Source: Sphingomonadales bacterium
Lineage (GTDB): Bacteria; Pseudomonadota; Alphaproteobacteria; Sphingomonadales; G965227345
Reading direction: 5' to 3'
DNA: 64,000 bases
NCBI GenBank assembly: GCA_965227345.1
Contig: OZ245755.1
Location: 3,975,293 to 4,039,292 of the forward strand
The notes beneath the pieces were generated by a model that was not told the DNA's origin, did no database searches, and saw only the letters and a list, made by a program, of their open reading frames with translations. Both the position numbers and the translations under genes were made by a program. Below are positions 1 through 10,737 of this stretch, in pieces (the first letter of the stretch is position 1; every line of letters begins with the position of its first letter).

Positions 1-254
1 TGAACCCGGGGAAAACCCGCCAGCAGGTTCAAATGCTGATCGGTTTTAGAACTGCGCAGCTGGAGGTCAGGACGGAAGACCGGATCAACAGTCTGGGGTG
101 TGATCATCCGGAAGTCCGTCAGGCATCACGTTTGAGCATTTTTCAGGTGTCCCGGAATTTATAAGTCAATTATTTAGCGTAATAAATATGGAATAAATAA
201 ACTAATTGAAGTATATATTGGCGGTGTAGATTTAAAATAACATCGGGAAAAGCC

Positions 255-1001
255 GTGAATACTGCCATATTTGTTCTTCTGGCCATTAATCTGGCAATCC
301 TCATTCTATTACTTCGGAAAGTTATCAAGGTTCATATATTCTGTTGGGATCTAAAGAGCGAGCTTGCCACTCAGACGGTACAAACGATACGGAATGTTGA
401 AGCGCTGAACAGCCTGTATCACAGGCTGGATTTAAAAATGCCCCTGCCGCCAACAATGGGATTTGCGGGCGCACCGGACTTTCTCAGACATGTAACCGAT
501 TATGCTGCGCGGGCGGACGTCGAGAATATACTTGAATGCAGTTCAGGCCTTTCGACCATCGTCATTGCGCAGGCAATGAAACAGAAGGGGCGAGGGCATG
601 TCTACAGTTTGGAACACGACGCAAAATATGCAGCTATTACGCGAGACAATATAAAAAAGTACGGGCTTGCCGATTGGGCAACGGTGATTACAGCCCCCCT
701 GACAGGGCATAATCTGGCCGGGCAATCCTGCCAATGGTATGACATCAAGGGTAAATTGCCCGAGATTGTTTTTGATGGTCTTGTTATAGATGGCCCGCCT
801 TGTTCGGTATCGGTTAATGCAAGGTACCCTGCCGGCCCGCTTCTGTTCGGGTTGTTGGGCAGAAATGCTCATGTCTTTCTGGATGATTACATCCGTGAAG
901 AAGAGCAAAAATCTGTCGACATGTGGCTGGCTGAAAACCCCGGTATGGTGCTGCAAAAGCATGCATTTATGAAAGGTTGTGCCGAACTGGTCGTGGGTTA
1001 G
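255..1001 (+). CDS. class I SAM-dependent methyltransferase with N-terminal membrane anchor
   Basis: GTG-start ORF. It has an N-terminal hydrophobic helix (AIFVLLAINLAILILLL) followed by a Rossmann-type SAM motif (ILECSSGLSTIVIAQA) and VIDGPP. An AT-rich spacer lies upstream. Confidence 0.6.
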   Translation: MNTAIFVLLAINLAILILLLRKVIKVHIFCWDLKSELATQTVQTIRNVEALNSLYHRLDLKMPLPPTMGFAGAPDFLRHVTDYAARADVENILECSSGLSTIVIAQAMKQKGRGHVYSLEHDAKYAAITRDNIKKYGLADWATVITAPLTGHNLAGQSCQWYDIKGKLPEIVFDGLVIDGPPCSVSVNARYPAGPLLFGLLGRNAHVFLDDYIREEEQKSVDMWLAENPGMVLQKHAFMKGCAELVVG

Positions 1002-1024
1002 GGCAATCTATCCGGGTTTATTGT

Positions 1025-1795
1025 TTATGCGTTTATTTCACACCAGATGGGGGTGTGGTCGGACGCTTTTTCCTTGCCGCGCGGCGTTTTGTCAATTTCG
1101 CAGGCCTTCAGCCGATCGGCGGCCTGGGGCGAGAGCAACAGGTGATCAATCCTGATCCCATTATCTTTTTGCCAGGCACCCCGTTGATAGTCCCAGAACG
1201 TATAACAGTTTCCCTTTGGTGTGTAGGTGCGGAAAGCATCCGTCAGCCCCAGGTTGACCAGCTCGCGGAACTTGTGGCGCGTCTCCAGTCTGAAAAGGGC
1301 ATCATCTTTCCAGCCCGCCGGATCATAAACATCCTGTTCTTCCGGGCAGACATTATAGTCACCGCCCAGCACAAACGGCTCTTCCAGTTCCAAAAGGCCT
1401 TTGGTATGGGTAATCAGCCGATCCATCCAGCCGAGTTTATAGGGGTATTTTTCTGTATCGACGGGGTTGCCATTGGGCAGGTAAATTGATGCGATCCTGA
1501 TATTCTTGATCGTCGCTTCAATATAGCGGGCCTGTATATCCTCATCATTTCCGGGCAGACCGCGCACAATGTCTTCTATGGGATGCTTTGAAAGGATGGC
1601 AACGCCGTTATAGGTTTTCTGGCCATGGAGAGCCAGATTATACCCCAGATCCTCAATCTCCATCGCAGGGAACGCTTCATCAATGGTTTTGAGTTCCTGA
1701 AGCAGCGCGACATCGGGGTTGGCGTCTTTCAGCCATTCAACAACCCGGGGCAGGCGTGCCTTGATAGAATTCACGTTCCATGTGGCAATTTTCAT
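1025..1795 (-). CDS. xthA: exodeoxyribonuclease III
   Basis: N-terminus MKIATWNVNSIKARL...LLQELK and full-length ExoIII/AP-endonuclease-like sequence (256 aa). Confidence 0.9.
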   Translation of the reverse strand: MKIATWNVNSIKARLPRVVEWLKDANPDVALLQELKTIDEAFPAMEIEDLGYNLALHGQKTYNGVAILSKHPIEDIVRGLPGNDEDIQARYIEATIKNIRIASIYLPNGNPVDTEKYPYKLGWMDRLITHTKGLLELEEPFVLGGDYNVCPEEQDVYDPAGWKDDALFRLETRHKFRELVNLGLTDAFRTYTPKGNCYTFWDYQRGAWQKDNGIRIDHLLLSPQAADRLKACEIDKTPRGKEKASDHTPIWCEINA

Positions 1796-1810
1796 AAATA
1801 CGGCGACCCG

Positions 1811-2155
1811 CTAGATGGCAAACGATGTGCCGCACCCGCACGAGGATGTGGCGTTAGGGTTTTTAACCGCAAAGGCCGAGCCGCCCAGATCTTCGGTGAA
1901 GTCAATTTCCGAGCCGGCGAGATACATCAGCGACATATTGTCGATAACAACCTTTACACCATCCTTTTCGATCACCTGATCGTCGTCATTGCATTGTTCT
2001 TCAAAGGCAAAGCCATATTGAAAGCCGGAACAGCCGCCGCCGGACACAGACACGCGCAGCATCAGGCCCGGCTTGCCCTCTTTTTCAAACAGATGAGCGA
2101 GACGCTTCGCAGCACTTTTTGATACTGAAACAGGGGCTGTATTTTCGACGCTCAT
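1811..2155 (-). CDS. erpA: iron-sulfur cluster insertion protein (ErpA/IscA/HesB family)
   Basis: Carries SGGGCSGFQYGF and a C-terminal CGCGTSF motif. I chose the internal ATG at 2155 (MSVENT...) for typical length. The ORF extends to 2233. Confidence 0.85.
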   Translation of the reverse strand: MSVENTAPVSVSKSAAKRLAHLFEKEGKPGLMLRVSVSGGGCSGFQYGFAFEEQCNDDDQVIEKDGVKVVIDNMSLMYLAGSEIDFTEDLGGSAFAVKNPNATSSCGCGTSFAI

Positions 2156-2308
2156 AATCTCATAACTCCAATCCCGTGGCATAAACTGAATGCCGCTTCC
2201 CTCTATATGTAAGATGCCGAATGTATTTGTCAATTTTTACCGCCTGATTTGTGTCCCTTATGCGGCTTGCCCGTTGCTAATCTGCAAGATCACGGCTAGT
2301 CTGCCGCC

Positions 2309-3517
2309 ATGTATAATGCTGACAGAATCACCGGTAAAATGGAGGAAGGGGGGTATGCGCCATATGCCTGCCTGCCGTCGTGTTCTCGCGGGCGTTTGCA
2401 TGTGGAAGCGGAAAGCCGGGGCAGAACTCCGTTCCAGCGGGACCGGGACAGGATTATCCATTCTACCGCATTCAGGCGATTAAAGCATAAAACACAGGTT
2501 TTTGTGTATCATGAAGGGGATCACTACCGGACCCGATTGACCCATTCGATTGAGGTCGCACAGATTGCGCGATCCGTCAGCCGGGTTATGCGGTTGAACG
2601 AGGATCTGGCTGAAGCCCTGGCGCTGGTCCATGATTTCGGGCACACACCCTTCGGACATGCCGGTGAAGATGCGCTGGATGCCGCGATGAAGACCTATGC
2701 GGGGTTTGACCACAATGCACAGTCATTGCGGGTGGTAACCAAGCTGGAGCAGCGTTATGCCGAGTTTGATGGCCTGAATCTGACATGGGAAACTCTTGAA
2801 GGCCTGGCCAAACACAATGGGCCCTTATGTGCAAAGGGGAAGGAAAGCAGCCTTCCTGCGGCATTGCGCGAATATAACGCCCGCCACGATCTGGAGCTTT
2901 ATACCTATGCCGGTGCCGAAGCACAGGTGGCGGCCCTGGCGGATGATATTGCCTATAACAACCATGATATAGACGACGGTTTGCGGGCTGGCCTGTTCAA
3001 GCTGGATGATCTGCGCCAGATTGGCTTTGTTGGGAATATTCTGACGGAAGTTGAAGGGAAATATCCGGGTCTGGAAGAAAGCCGGATGGTGCCTGAAGTG
3101 ATCCGTCGTCTGATTAATAGTATGGTGGAAGATATTCTGGCGGAATCCGGTCGGCGACTGGAAAGCCTTAAACCGGAACGCGTGGAAGATATCCGGCATG
3201 CAGACCGCGCCATGATTGCGTTCACTGATGAAATGGCGGCCAATGACAGGGAGCTGAAAAGCTTTCTGAAGGCCAATATGTATCGTCATTACAAGGTCAA
3301 TCGTATGGCGAGCAAGGCGCGGCGCGTGGTCCGGGAACTGTTTGAGATTTATATGGCAGAACCGGAATGTTTGCCAACGGTCTGGCGTAACCGGTCGCAG
3401 GGGGTGACAGAGGCCAAAAAGGCAAGATTGGTTGCTGATTTTATTGCAGGTATGACCGATGGTTATGCGCTGGCGGAATATAAAAAGCTTTTGGATATAT
3501 CGACACTGGAAATATGA
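2309..3517 (+). CDS. dgt: dGTP triphosphohydrolase-like HD-domain protein
   Basis: Motifs [16 protein letters not shown] and [14 protein letters not shown] (HD). The exact start is uncertain because there are several in-frame Met codons. Confidence 0.85.
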   Translation: MYNADRITGKMEEGGYAPYACLPSCSRGRLHVEAESRGRTPFQRDRDRIIHSTAFRRLKHKTQVFVYHEGDHYRTRLTHSIEVAQIARSVSRVMRLNEDLAEALALVHDFGHTPFGHAGEDALDAAMKTYAGFDHNAQSLRVVTKLEQRYAEFDGLNLTWETLEGLAKHNGPLCAKGKESSLPAALREYNARHDLELYTYAGAEAQVAALADDIAYNNHDIDDGLRAGLFKLDDLRQIGFVGNILTEVEGKYPGLEESRMVPEVIRRLINSMVEDILAESGRRLESLKPERVEDIRHADRAMIAFTDEMAANDRELKSFLKANMYRHYKVNRMASKARRVVRELFEIYMAEPECLPTVWRNRSQGVTEAKKARLVADFIAGMTDGYALAEYKKLLDISTLEI

Positions 3518-5268
3518 ATATTTTTAATCACTTCTCTGATCAAATTAAACTGGTCATCAAGGACCTTATTACCGCCGGCACGTTACCGGAAGGGTTGCCT
3601 GTTGATGGCCTGACGGTTGAACCGCCACGAGATCCGTCCCATGGTGACATTTCTACCAATGTGGCGCTGGTCTTGAACAAACAGGCTGGCATGAAGCCCC
3701 GGGAACTTGCTGAACTGGTTGCGGAAGGCCTGCGGCAGGACGAAAATATTGAAATAGTTGATATTGCCGGTCCCGGTTTTATCAATTTACGGCTGAAACC
3801 TTCGTTTATTCTGTCCAATATCCCGGATATTTTGAGCCAGGGCATTGCATATGGCGGGTCGGACAAGGGGCAGGGCGTGCCTGTGAATGTGGAATACGTT
3901 TCTGCCAACCCCACCGGGCCTATGCATGTGGGGCATTGTCGCGGGGCTATTTTTGGCGATGCTCTGGCATCCTTGCTTGAAAAAGCAGGCCATAGCGTTG
4001 CGCGGGAATATTATATCAATGATGCCGGCGCGCAGATTGATGTGCTCGCCCGGTCTGCCTATCTGCGGTACCGCGAGGCACTGGGTGAGGATATAGGCGA
4101 AATTCCGGAAGGCCTTTATCCAGGGGATTATCTGGTTCATGTGGGCGAAACGCTGGCGCGGACGCACGGGAAGAGTTTTCTGGGCAAGCCGGAATCCGAC
4201 TGGTTGCCTGCTGTTCGGCGATTTGCCAGTGATGCCATGATGGATATGATCCGGAATGATCTTCGGGCATTAGGCATTGTTCACAAGGTGTTTTTCTCGG
4301 AACGCACTTTGCACGATGATGGTCGAATTGACCAGGCACTGGAATCGCTGCGGGAAAAGGGGCTTATTTATACCGGTGTACTGGAGCCGCCGAAAGGCAA
4401 ATTGCCAGACGACTGGGAACCGCGCCCGCAGGTCTTGTTCAAGGCGACAGAATTTGGGGACGACGTTGACCGCGCGTTGCAGAAGTCGGACGGAAGCTGG
4501 ACCTATTTTGCCGCTGACGTGGCCTATCACCGGGACAAGATCGGGCGTGGCTTCAATCATATGATTGATGTCTGGGGGGCAGATCACGGCGGTTACGTCA
4601 AGCGGATGAAAGCCGTGGTTAAGGCGTTGAGCGATAATCAGGCGGATCTGGACGTCAGGCTTTGTCAGTTGGTCAGGCTTTTCCGCAATGGTGAACCTTA
4701 TAAAATGTCAAAGCGGGCCGGTACGTTCGTGACATTACGTGAAGTTGTGGATGAGGTAGGAAAAGACGTATTGCGCTTTATCATGCTGACGCGCAAAAAC
4801 GATGCGCCGCTGGATTTTGATTTTGCCAAGGTCATGGAACAGTCTCGTGATAATCCGGTCTTTTATGTTCAATATGCGCATGCCCGAATTTGTTCTGTGT
4901 TGCGCAAGGTAGCGGAAGCCTTTCCGGAAATGGATTTGTCAGAAGAATCCCTGGCGCAGGCAGATTTGTCGAAACTGACAGATACAGCCGAGATTGAGCT
5001 GATCATGAATATGGCAAGCTGGCCGCGCATGGTGGAAGCCGCTGCGGAAGCGCATGAGCCGCATCGTATTGCATTTTATCTGTATGAACTGGCGTCAGCG
5101 TTTCATGGGCTGTGGAACAAGGGGAACGACGATGTGACCTTGCGGTTTTTGCAGGAAGATGATCAGGCTGTCACATTATCACGGGTCGCCATGATCAGGG
5201 CATGTGCTATTGTAATTGCGTCTGGCCTGAATGTGCTGGGTGTTGTACCAGTCAAGGAAATGAACTAG
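3514..5268 (+). CDS. argS: arginine--tRNA ligase
   Basis: HIGH-type motif [12 protein letters not shown] and a KMSKR motif. There is a 4-nt ATGA overlap with dgt. Confidence 0.97.
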   Translation: MNIFNHFSDQIKLVIKDLITAGTLPEGLPVDGLTVEPPRDPSHGDISTNVALVLNKQAGMKPRELAELVAEGLRQDENIEIVDIAGPGFINLRLKPSFILSNIPDILSQGIAYGGSDKGQGVPVNVEYVSANPTGPMHVGHCRGAIFGDALASLLEKAGHSVAREYYINDAGAQIDVLARSAYLRYREALGEDIGEIPEGLYPGDYLVHVGETLARTHGKSFLGKPESDWLPAVRRFASDAMMDMIRNDLRALGIVHKVFFSERTLHDDGRIDQALESLREKGLIYTGVLEPPKGKLPDDWEPRPQVLFKATEFGDDVDRALQKSDGSWTYFAADVAYHRDKIGRGFNHMIDVWGADHGGYVKRMKAVVKALSDNQADLDVRLCQLVRLFRNGEPYKMSKRAGTFVTLREVVDEVGKDVLRFIMLTRKNDAPLDFDFAKVMEQSRDNPVFYVQYAHARICSVLRKVAEAFPEMDLSEESLAQADLSKLTDTAEIELIMNMASWPRMVEAAAEAHEPHRIAFYLYELASAFHGLWNKGNDDVTLRFLQEDDQAVTLSRVAMIRACAIVIASGLNVLGVVPVKEMN

Positions 5269-5297
5269 CGGAATATTCTGCATCAAGGAGTAGATGA

Positions 5298-6005
5298 ATG
5301 TCGGATGAGAACAAGGTGCCATGGCTTGAGCCTGCCATGGAAGAACAGCAGGGCGAAAGCTTTCTTGAACGAAACAGGATGGGCGTTATCGCTGCCGGGC
5401 TGGTTCTGATCCTGGCTTTTATCATTATTATCTGGCAGGTCTATAGCAGTGACGGGAAGCCGCCGGCACCCGGTGATGTGCCTCTGGTGCGGGCTGAAGA
5501 GGGCCCGACCAAAATTGCGCCGGATGATCCGGGCGGGATGGAAGTCAAGGACCGTGACAAGCTGGTATACGATCGCGTCGGCGGCAATGACGACACAGCC
5601 GAACCGGAATATTTACGCCCTGGCCCGGAAACACCGATGGACAAGCCTGATGCGCCTGACGAGGTCGCACCGGCTTCGCCTCCGGCACCGCCGCCTCCGC
5701 CTTCGACTGAAGCCGATGTGCCAGTCAAGGAGAGCAAATCAGCTTCGACCAAATCGGTGGGTGATTATCTGATTCAGCTGGGCGCATTCAGCGAACGTGA
5801 GCGGGCCTTAAAAGCCTGGGAGACAATCAAGGGCAAACACCCTGATATACTCTCAACGCTGGAACCTGAAATCGTCAGTGTCAAGGGTGCCAAGGGAACC
5901 CTTTATCGATTGCAGGCCGGGCGTATGGCCGACCGTGAAAGTGCTGAAACGCTTTGCAAGTCTTTGACAGTTAAAAAGCAGCCTTGCATGGTCGTTGGTA
6001 AATAG
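5298..6005 (+). CDS. SPOR domain-containing membrane protein
   Basis: One TM helix, a Pro-rich linker (PPAPPPPPS) and a C-terminal SPOR-like fold (YLIQLGAFSERERA...LYRLQAG). Confidence 0.8.
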   Translation: MSDENKVPWLEPAMEEQQGESFLERNRMGVIAAGLVLILAFIIIIWQVYSSDGKPPAPGDVPLVRAEEGPTKIAPDDPGGMEVKDRDKLVYDRVGGNDDTAEPEYLRPGPETPMDKPDAPDEVAPASPPAPPPPPSTEADVPVKESKSASTKSVGDYLIQLGAFSERERALKAWETIKGKHPDILSTLEPEIVSVKGAKGTLYRLQAGRMADRESAETLCKSLTVKKQPCMVVGK

Positions 6006-6013
6006 GAACGGGC

Positions 6014-7018
6014 ATGGTTCGTCCTGTTATTGTCGATTGCGCTGCCGAGCGGCTGAGTGCGGAAGAGACGGCAATGTTTGCCGAGCTTCAGCCTTTTGGC
6101 TTTATTTTGTTTCAGCGTAACTGCCATTCACCTGATCAGCTTCGGGCATTGACTGCTGAAATGCGGGATGCTGTTGGCCGGAACGATGCACCCGTCCTGA
6201 TTGATCAGGAAGGGGGTCGTGTGGCCCGGCTAAAGCCCCCGCATTGGCGGGCGGCTCCAGCCCAGGGGCGTTTTTCAGATATCGCCAAAGATGATTTGGC
6301 CAAGGCTGTTCTGGCGGCGCGCCTGAATGCACGTCTTATTGCTGCGGAGCTTTTGGATGTGGGGGTGACGGTCGATTGCCTGCCTCTGTTGGACATGGCA
6401 TATGAAGGCGCACACAATATTATCGGTGATCGTGCCTATGGTGGTGACCCTGACGTCATTGCGACCCTTGGACGGGCCACTTGCGAAGGGTTGATTGATG
6501 GCGGCGTCACGCCGGTGATCAAGCATATCCCCGGTCATGGCCGGGCTCAGGTTGACAGTCACATGGCGTTGCCACACGTTGATGCGTCTGAAGAGGCGCT
6601 TTGGGAGAGCGATTTCAGGCCTTTCGTGGCCTTGAATGACATGCCGGTTGCGATGACTGCCCATATTACCTATGCGGGGATTGATCCTCATGCGCCTGCA
6701 ACGACGTCACCACAGTTGATTGGGCGTATTATTCGCCAGCGTATCGGGTTTAAGGGCGTCTTGCTGTCCGATGATATTACGATGAAGGCCTTGTCGGGCT
6801 CGCTTGAAGAACGCGCCAATGCATCTTTGGCTGCCGGTTGTGATATCGTGCTTCACTGCAATGGCAGTTTTACGGAACGTGAAATTGTATTGAAATCTGT
6901 GCCCGACATGCCGGATGATGTGTATCGGCGTCTGGTATCCCTGATGAAATCTCCTGAACCTTTCCCTGGATTCGAGTTGGCGGCGGGCCTGCGGGATCTT
7001 GATCGTCTGTTGAGTTAG
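6014..7018 (+). CDS. nagZ: beta-N-acetylhexosaminidase
   Basis: GH3 NagZ signature KHIPGHGRAQVDSH and IDQEGGRV. Confidence 0.9.
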   Translation: MVRPVIVDCAAERLSAEETAMFAELQPFGFILFQRNCHSPDQLRALTAEMRDAVGRNDAPVLIDQEGGRVARLKPPHWRAAPAQGRFSDIAKDDLAKAVLAARLNARLIAAELLDVGVTVDCLPLLDMAYEGAHNIIGDRAYGGDPDVIATLGRATCEGLIDGGVTPVIKHIPGHGRAQVDSHMALPHVDASEEALWESDFRPFVALNDMPVAMTAHITYAGIDPHAPATTSPQLIGRIIRQRIGFKGVLLSDDITMKALSGSLEERANASLAAGCDIVLHCNGSFTEREIVLKSVPDMPDDVYRRLVSLMKSPEPFPGFELAAGLRDLDRLLS

Positions 7019-7032
7019 AATTGTGATCCTGC

Positions 7033-7719
7033 ATGGCTGAATTTTTCCTGATGCTATCCACATGGGCTTTGCCTGTTCTGGTGGCTATTACGTTTCATGA
7101 AGCTGCACATGGTTTTGTGGCCTGGAGGCTGGGGGATGATACGGCACACAGGTTGGGCCGGGTCTCATTCAATCCGGTGCGCCACGTAGACCCGATGGGA
7201 ACGATTGTTCTGCCTCTTATGCTCCTGATTTTGAAGGCGCCGTTTCTTTTTGGCTTTGCCAAACCGGTGCCGGTGAACTTTGGACGGCTTGGGAACCCAA
7301 GACGGGATATGGTATGGGTGGCGCTGGCCGGGCCCGGTGTTAATATTATACTGGCCGTGCTTTCAGCCTTGTTGATCCATCTGGTTGTCATATTGCCCGA
7401 TATGGCACAAGGCTGGTGGGTTCTGAATATGGACCACTCCATTCAGATTAACCTGATCCTCGCGATCTTTAATATGATACCATTGCCGCCACTGGACGGA
7501 GGCCGGGTTGCGGTCGGTCTGTTGCCCAATTCCCTGGCGCGGCCCCTGGCGCGGCTCGAGCCCTATGGCTTTTTTATTCTGATGGGCATTTTGTTTCTGT
7601 TGCCCATGCTTGGAAATCAATTGGGGCAGAACTGGAATATTTTTGCATGGTTTGTTTTACCTCCCTTTGAACTGATGTATGATTTCATTCTGAAAAACAT
7701 CGTAGGAATTACAGCCTGA
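7033..7719 (+). CDS. site-2 protease (M50) family membrane metalloprotease
   Basis: HEAAHG (HExxH) inside the first TM helix. The protein is polytopic and hydrophobic. Confidence 0.8.
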   Translation: MAEFFLMLSTWALPVLVAITFHEAAHGFVAWRLGDDTAHRLGRVSFNPVRHVDPMGTIVLPLMLLILKAPFLFGFAKPVPVNFGRLGNPRRDMVWVALAGPGVNIILAVLSALLIHLVVILPDMAQGWWVLNMDHSIQINLILAIFNMIPLPPLDGGRVAVGLLPNSLARPLARLEPYGFFILMGILFLLPMLGNQLGQNWNIFAWFVLPPFELMYDFILKNIVGITA

Positions 7720-7720
7720 C

Positions 7721-8521
7721 ATGGCCGATGATATGACAACGGATGATCAGTTTGAATTTGGGGGCGTACGCAAGCCGCCGGTTGCTGAACAGCTGGTTGT
7801 CAATATTGAGGGCTTTGAAGGCCCGCTGGACATTCTGTTGATGCTGGCGCGGACCCAGAAGGTCGATCTGAAGCAGATTTCCATTCTGGAGCTGGTGGAA
7901 CAATATCTGGTCTTTATTCACGAGGCCGGTCGCCACAGACTGGAGCTGGCAGCGGATTATCTGGTGATGGCGGCGTGGCTTGCCTACCTTAAGTCCCGCC
8001 TGTTGTTGCCCGAGCCTGAATTGGGTGAGGAACCGAGTGCCGAAGAGCTGGCATCACGATTGCAGTTTCAATTGCAGAAGCTGGAAGCAATCAGGGATGT
8101 TGCGGCGCAGTTGATGTCTCATGATCGCCTTGGGCGGGATGTTTTCGCGCGCGGGGCCCCGGAAGGGGTTCAGGTATCGCGTACGCGAAAGGTTGATCTG
8201 GGATTTTATGAACTGCTCAAGGCGTATGCAGAACATACGACGCGCCGGTCGGTCAGTGATTTGCATATTCGGCGCGTGAAGGTATATTCACTGGAAGACG
8301 CTATAGAGCGGCTGGAGCGGCTGCTGGGAACCATTCCGGACTGGACCGCACTGGAATATTTTTTGCCGGAATTTCGGGACGATGCCAAGGGCAGACGCTC
8401 TGCACGTGCCAGCATGTTTGTGGCCTCGCTTGAGATGGCGCGTTTGGGGAAGGCTGAAATCCGGCAGCATGAGGCGTTCGGGCCGCTTTATCTGCGCGGG
8501 AGACCCTCGGGTCAATCTTAG
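7721..8521 (+). CDS. scpA: segregation and condensation protein A
   Basis: FEGPLDILLMLARTQKVDL motif. It lies directly upstream of scpB. Confidence 0.85.
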   Translation: MADDMTTDDQFEFGGVRKPPVAEQLVVNIEGFEGPLDILLMLARTQKVDLKQISILELVEQYLVFIHEAGRHRLELAADYLVMAAWLAYLKSRLLLPEPELGEEPSAEELASRLQFQLQKLEAIRDVAAQLMSHDRLGRDVFARGAPEGVQVSRTRKVDLGFYELLKAYAEHTTRRSVSDLHIRRVKVYSLEDAIERLERLLGTIPDWTALEYFLPEFRDDAKGRRSARASMFVASLEMARLGKAEIRQHEAFGPLYLRGRPSGQS

Positions 8522-8576
8522 TTGGTTATCTGATTTTATGTGCAGGATTGGTTAGCAATAGTGTCGAGGGCAGGCA

Positions 8577-9182
8577 ATGGACTCTGATCAGCATATCCGG
8601 ATGGTGGAAGCGCTGCTTTTCGCGTCAGCACACCCGTTGGGTGAGAAGGATCTGGCTGAAAGATTGCCGGAGGATGTAGATGTTGCTGCCCTGGTTGACG
8701 AACTGGTCGCCCTTTATGCCGGTCGCGGCGTTAATCTTTCGCAGGTCGCAGGCAAGTGGATGTTTCGTACGGCACCTGATCTGGCTTTTCTGTTGCGCCG
8801 GGAAGTTCAGGAACAGCGCCGGCTCTCGCGGGCCGCTGTTGAGACACTGGCGATTATTGCCTATCATCAACCGATTACCCGCGCAGAAATTGAAGATACA
8901 AGGGGCGTGTCGCTGAGCAAGGGAACGCTGGATGTTTTGATGGAAGAAGGCTGGGTGCGAATGATGGGGCGTCGGCGCACACCTGGACGCCCGATTACTT
9001 ACGGCACGACAGAAGACTTTCTGACCCACTTTGGTATGGCTTCGGTAAAAGATCTGCCGGGAATAGAAGAATTAAAAGCTGCCGGTCTGCTGGATAATGT
9101 TAACGTTGCCATGTTAAAGCTGACAGATGACGAAGAGGATGAGGGTCAACCTGATCTTCTGGACGATGAAATGAATAGCTGA
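8577..9182 (+). CDS. scpB: SMC-Scp complex subunit ScpB
   Basis: EALLFAS...PL and ETLAIIAYHQPITRAEIE winged-helix motifs, with an acidic tail. Confidence 0.85.
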   Translation: MDSDQHIRMVEALLFASAHPLGEKDLAERLPEDVDVAALVDELVALYAGRGVNLSQVAGKWMFRTAPDLAFLLRREVQEQRRLSRAAVETLAIIAYHQPITRAEIEDTRGVSLSKGTLDVLMEEGWVRMMGRRRTPGRPITYGTTEDFLTHFGMASVKDLPGIEELKAAGLLDNVNVAMLKLTDDEEDEGQPDLLDDEMNS

Positions 9183-9285
9183 CAGGTAACTTTGTGTACA
9201 GGTTAGACATTCGTTGCCAAGACTGGCGGATTTTGCAAGTATGCGCCGGAACAAACCGTATTTCCGGCTTTGAAGGAGTAGAGCG

Positions 9286-9516
9286 ATGGGTATCAGTGTC
9301 TGGCAGATTCTGATTGTAGCGGTGCTGGTTGTGCTGCTTTTTGGACGTGGAAAAATATCTGACCTTATGGGCGACGTTGCCAAGGGAATCAAAAGTTTCA
9401 AGAAAGGTATGGCGGACGACGATGTATCGGATGCGCCTCAGCGCACGCTTGATCATTCATCCGATAAGGACACGACTGCGAGCTCTTCTGAGAAGAAAAA
9501 CTCCACAGACGTTTAA
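9286..9516 (+). CDS. tatA: twin-arginine translocase subunit TatA
   Basis: [23 protein letters not shown] followed by an amphipathic helix. Confidence 0.9.
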   Translation: MGISVWQILIVAVLVVLLFGRGKISDLMGDVAKGIKSFKKGMADDDVSDAPQRTLDHSSDKDTTASSSEKKNSTDV

Positions 9517-9563
9517 AGCTTTTGGCCGGAATTCAGGGTCGATGCGTAACAGGCGGCGAACAT

Positions 9564-9920
9564 ATGTTTGATATTGGCTGGTCAGAAATGATGTTGATTG
9601 CGGTCGTCGCCATTGTTGTGGTTGGGCCGAAGGATCTGCCACGTCTTATGCGCTCGGTGGGGCAGTGGGTGCGCAAGGCGAGAGCCATGGCTTCTGACTT
9701 TCATTCCAGCATTGACGAGATGGCGCGGGAAGCTGAACTGGAAGAAGTGAAAAAATCCATTCATCATGTGACGAACTTTGATGCGCGTCAGGAACTAGAA
9801 AACACAATTAATCCTCCCGATGGCTTTGCCGATCCGCCGATCAAGGATGAAGTTGCATCCGTTGCCGAGCCTTCTATCGAGAAGAAAACGTCAAACAAAA
9901 AAGGCAGTTCAAAGACGTGA
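9564..9920 (+). CDS. tatB: twin-arginine translocase subunit TatB
   Basis: MFDIGWSEMMLIAVVAIVVVGPKDLP from the ATG at 9564. The ORF extends to 9522. Confidence 0.85.
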   Translation: MFDIGWSEMMLIAVVAIVVVGPKDLPRLMRSVGQWVRKARAMASDFHSSIDEMAREAELEEVKKSIHHVTNFDARQELENTINPPDGFADPPIKDEVASVAEPSIEKKTSNKKGSSKT

Positions 9921-10723
9921 CCGCTGATAGCCCCCGCGAAGACGAAGACCTTGAAGCCAGCAAGGCGCCTTTGATCGAGCATTTGCTCGAACTGCGCAGT
10001 CGGTTGATCTGGTCAATGCTGGCCATCGCGCTGGCTTTTGCCGGATGTTATATGGTCTCGGGCGAAATATATAATTTTCTGGTCAAGCCGCTGGCTGATG
10101 TTTTGCAGGGGCACCCGAACAAGCGCATGATCTATACGGGCATGCATGAAGCCTTTTTTACCCGGGTAAAGCTGTCGTTCTTTGCCGCGATCATGCTGGC
10201 CTTTCCGATTATCGCCAGCCAGATTTACATGTTTGTCGCGCCGGGTCTTTATAAAAACGAACGCCGGGCTTTCTTCCCGTTTCTGGTGGCGACCCCGATC
10301 CTGTTTCTGGCAGGGGCGGCATTGGCCTATTACTTTGTTTTTCCGGCTGCCTGGTCATTCTTTATCAGTTTTGAAGTGCCGCAAGGTCAGGGTGCCTTGC
10401 CGATTGAACTGGAGCCGAAGGTCAACGAATATCTTTCGCTGGTTATGACACTCATTTTTGCCTTTGGGCTCAGTTTTCAGTTGCCCATTCTGTTGGTCTT
10501 GCTGGGGCGGGCTGGCATTGTGACGGCCAGGGGGCTGGCAGAAAAGCGCAAATATGCCATCGTCGGCATATTTTTGGCTGCGGCGATTTTGACCCCTCCT
10601 GACCCCTTTACTCAAATCGGGCTTGGCGTACCCATTTTGTTGCTGTACGAAATATCCATACTGCTGATCCGTATGATCGAGCGTAAAAGCGGCTCGGGCG
10701 AGCCGAAACACAATGATGAATAA
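9917..10723 (+). CDS. tatC: twin-arginine translocase subunit TatC
   Basis: The GTG start overlaps the tatB stop (GTGA). Six-TM TatC-like sequence (LIEHLLELRSRLI...). Confidence 0.92.
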   Translation: MTADSPREDEDLEASKAPLIEHLLELRSRLIWSMLAIALAFAGCYMVSGEIYNFLVKPLADVLQGHPNKRMIYTGMHEAFFTRVKLSFFAAIMLAFPIIASQIYMFVAPGLYKNERRAFFPFLVATPILFLAGAALAYYFVFPAAWSFFISFEVPQGQGALPIELEPKVNEYLSLVMTLIFAFGLSFQLPILLVLLGRAGIVTARGLAEKRKYAIVGIFLAAAILTPPDPFTQIGLGVPILLLYEISILLIRMIERKSGSGEPKHNDE

Positions 10724-10737
10724 AGCGATATTGATGA

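Noticed and set aside
3-164. Open frame running off the left edge (…NPGKTRQQVQMLIGFRTAQLEVRTEDRINSLGCDHPEVRQASRLSIFQVSRNL*).
   Set aside because: Only 53 residues are visible and I recognise no motif. I cannot tell a real C-terminus from a chance open frame.
977-1489. 170-aa plus-strand ORF.
   Set aside because: It is entirely antisense to the clearly recognisable xthA gene and has a low-complexity, non-protein-like composition.
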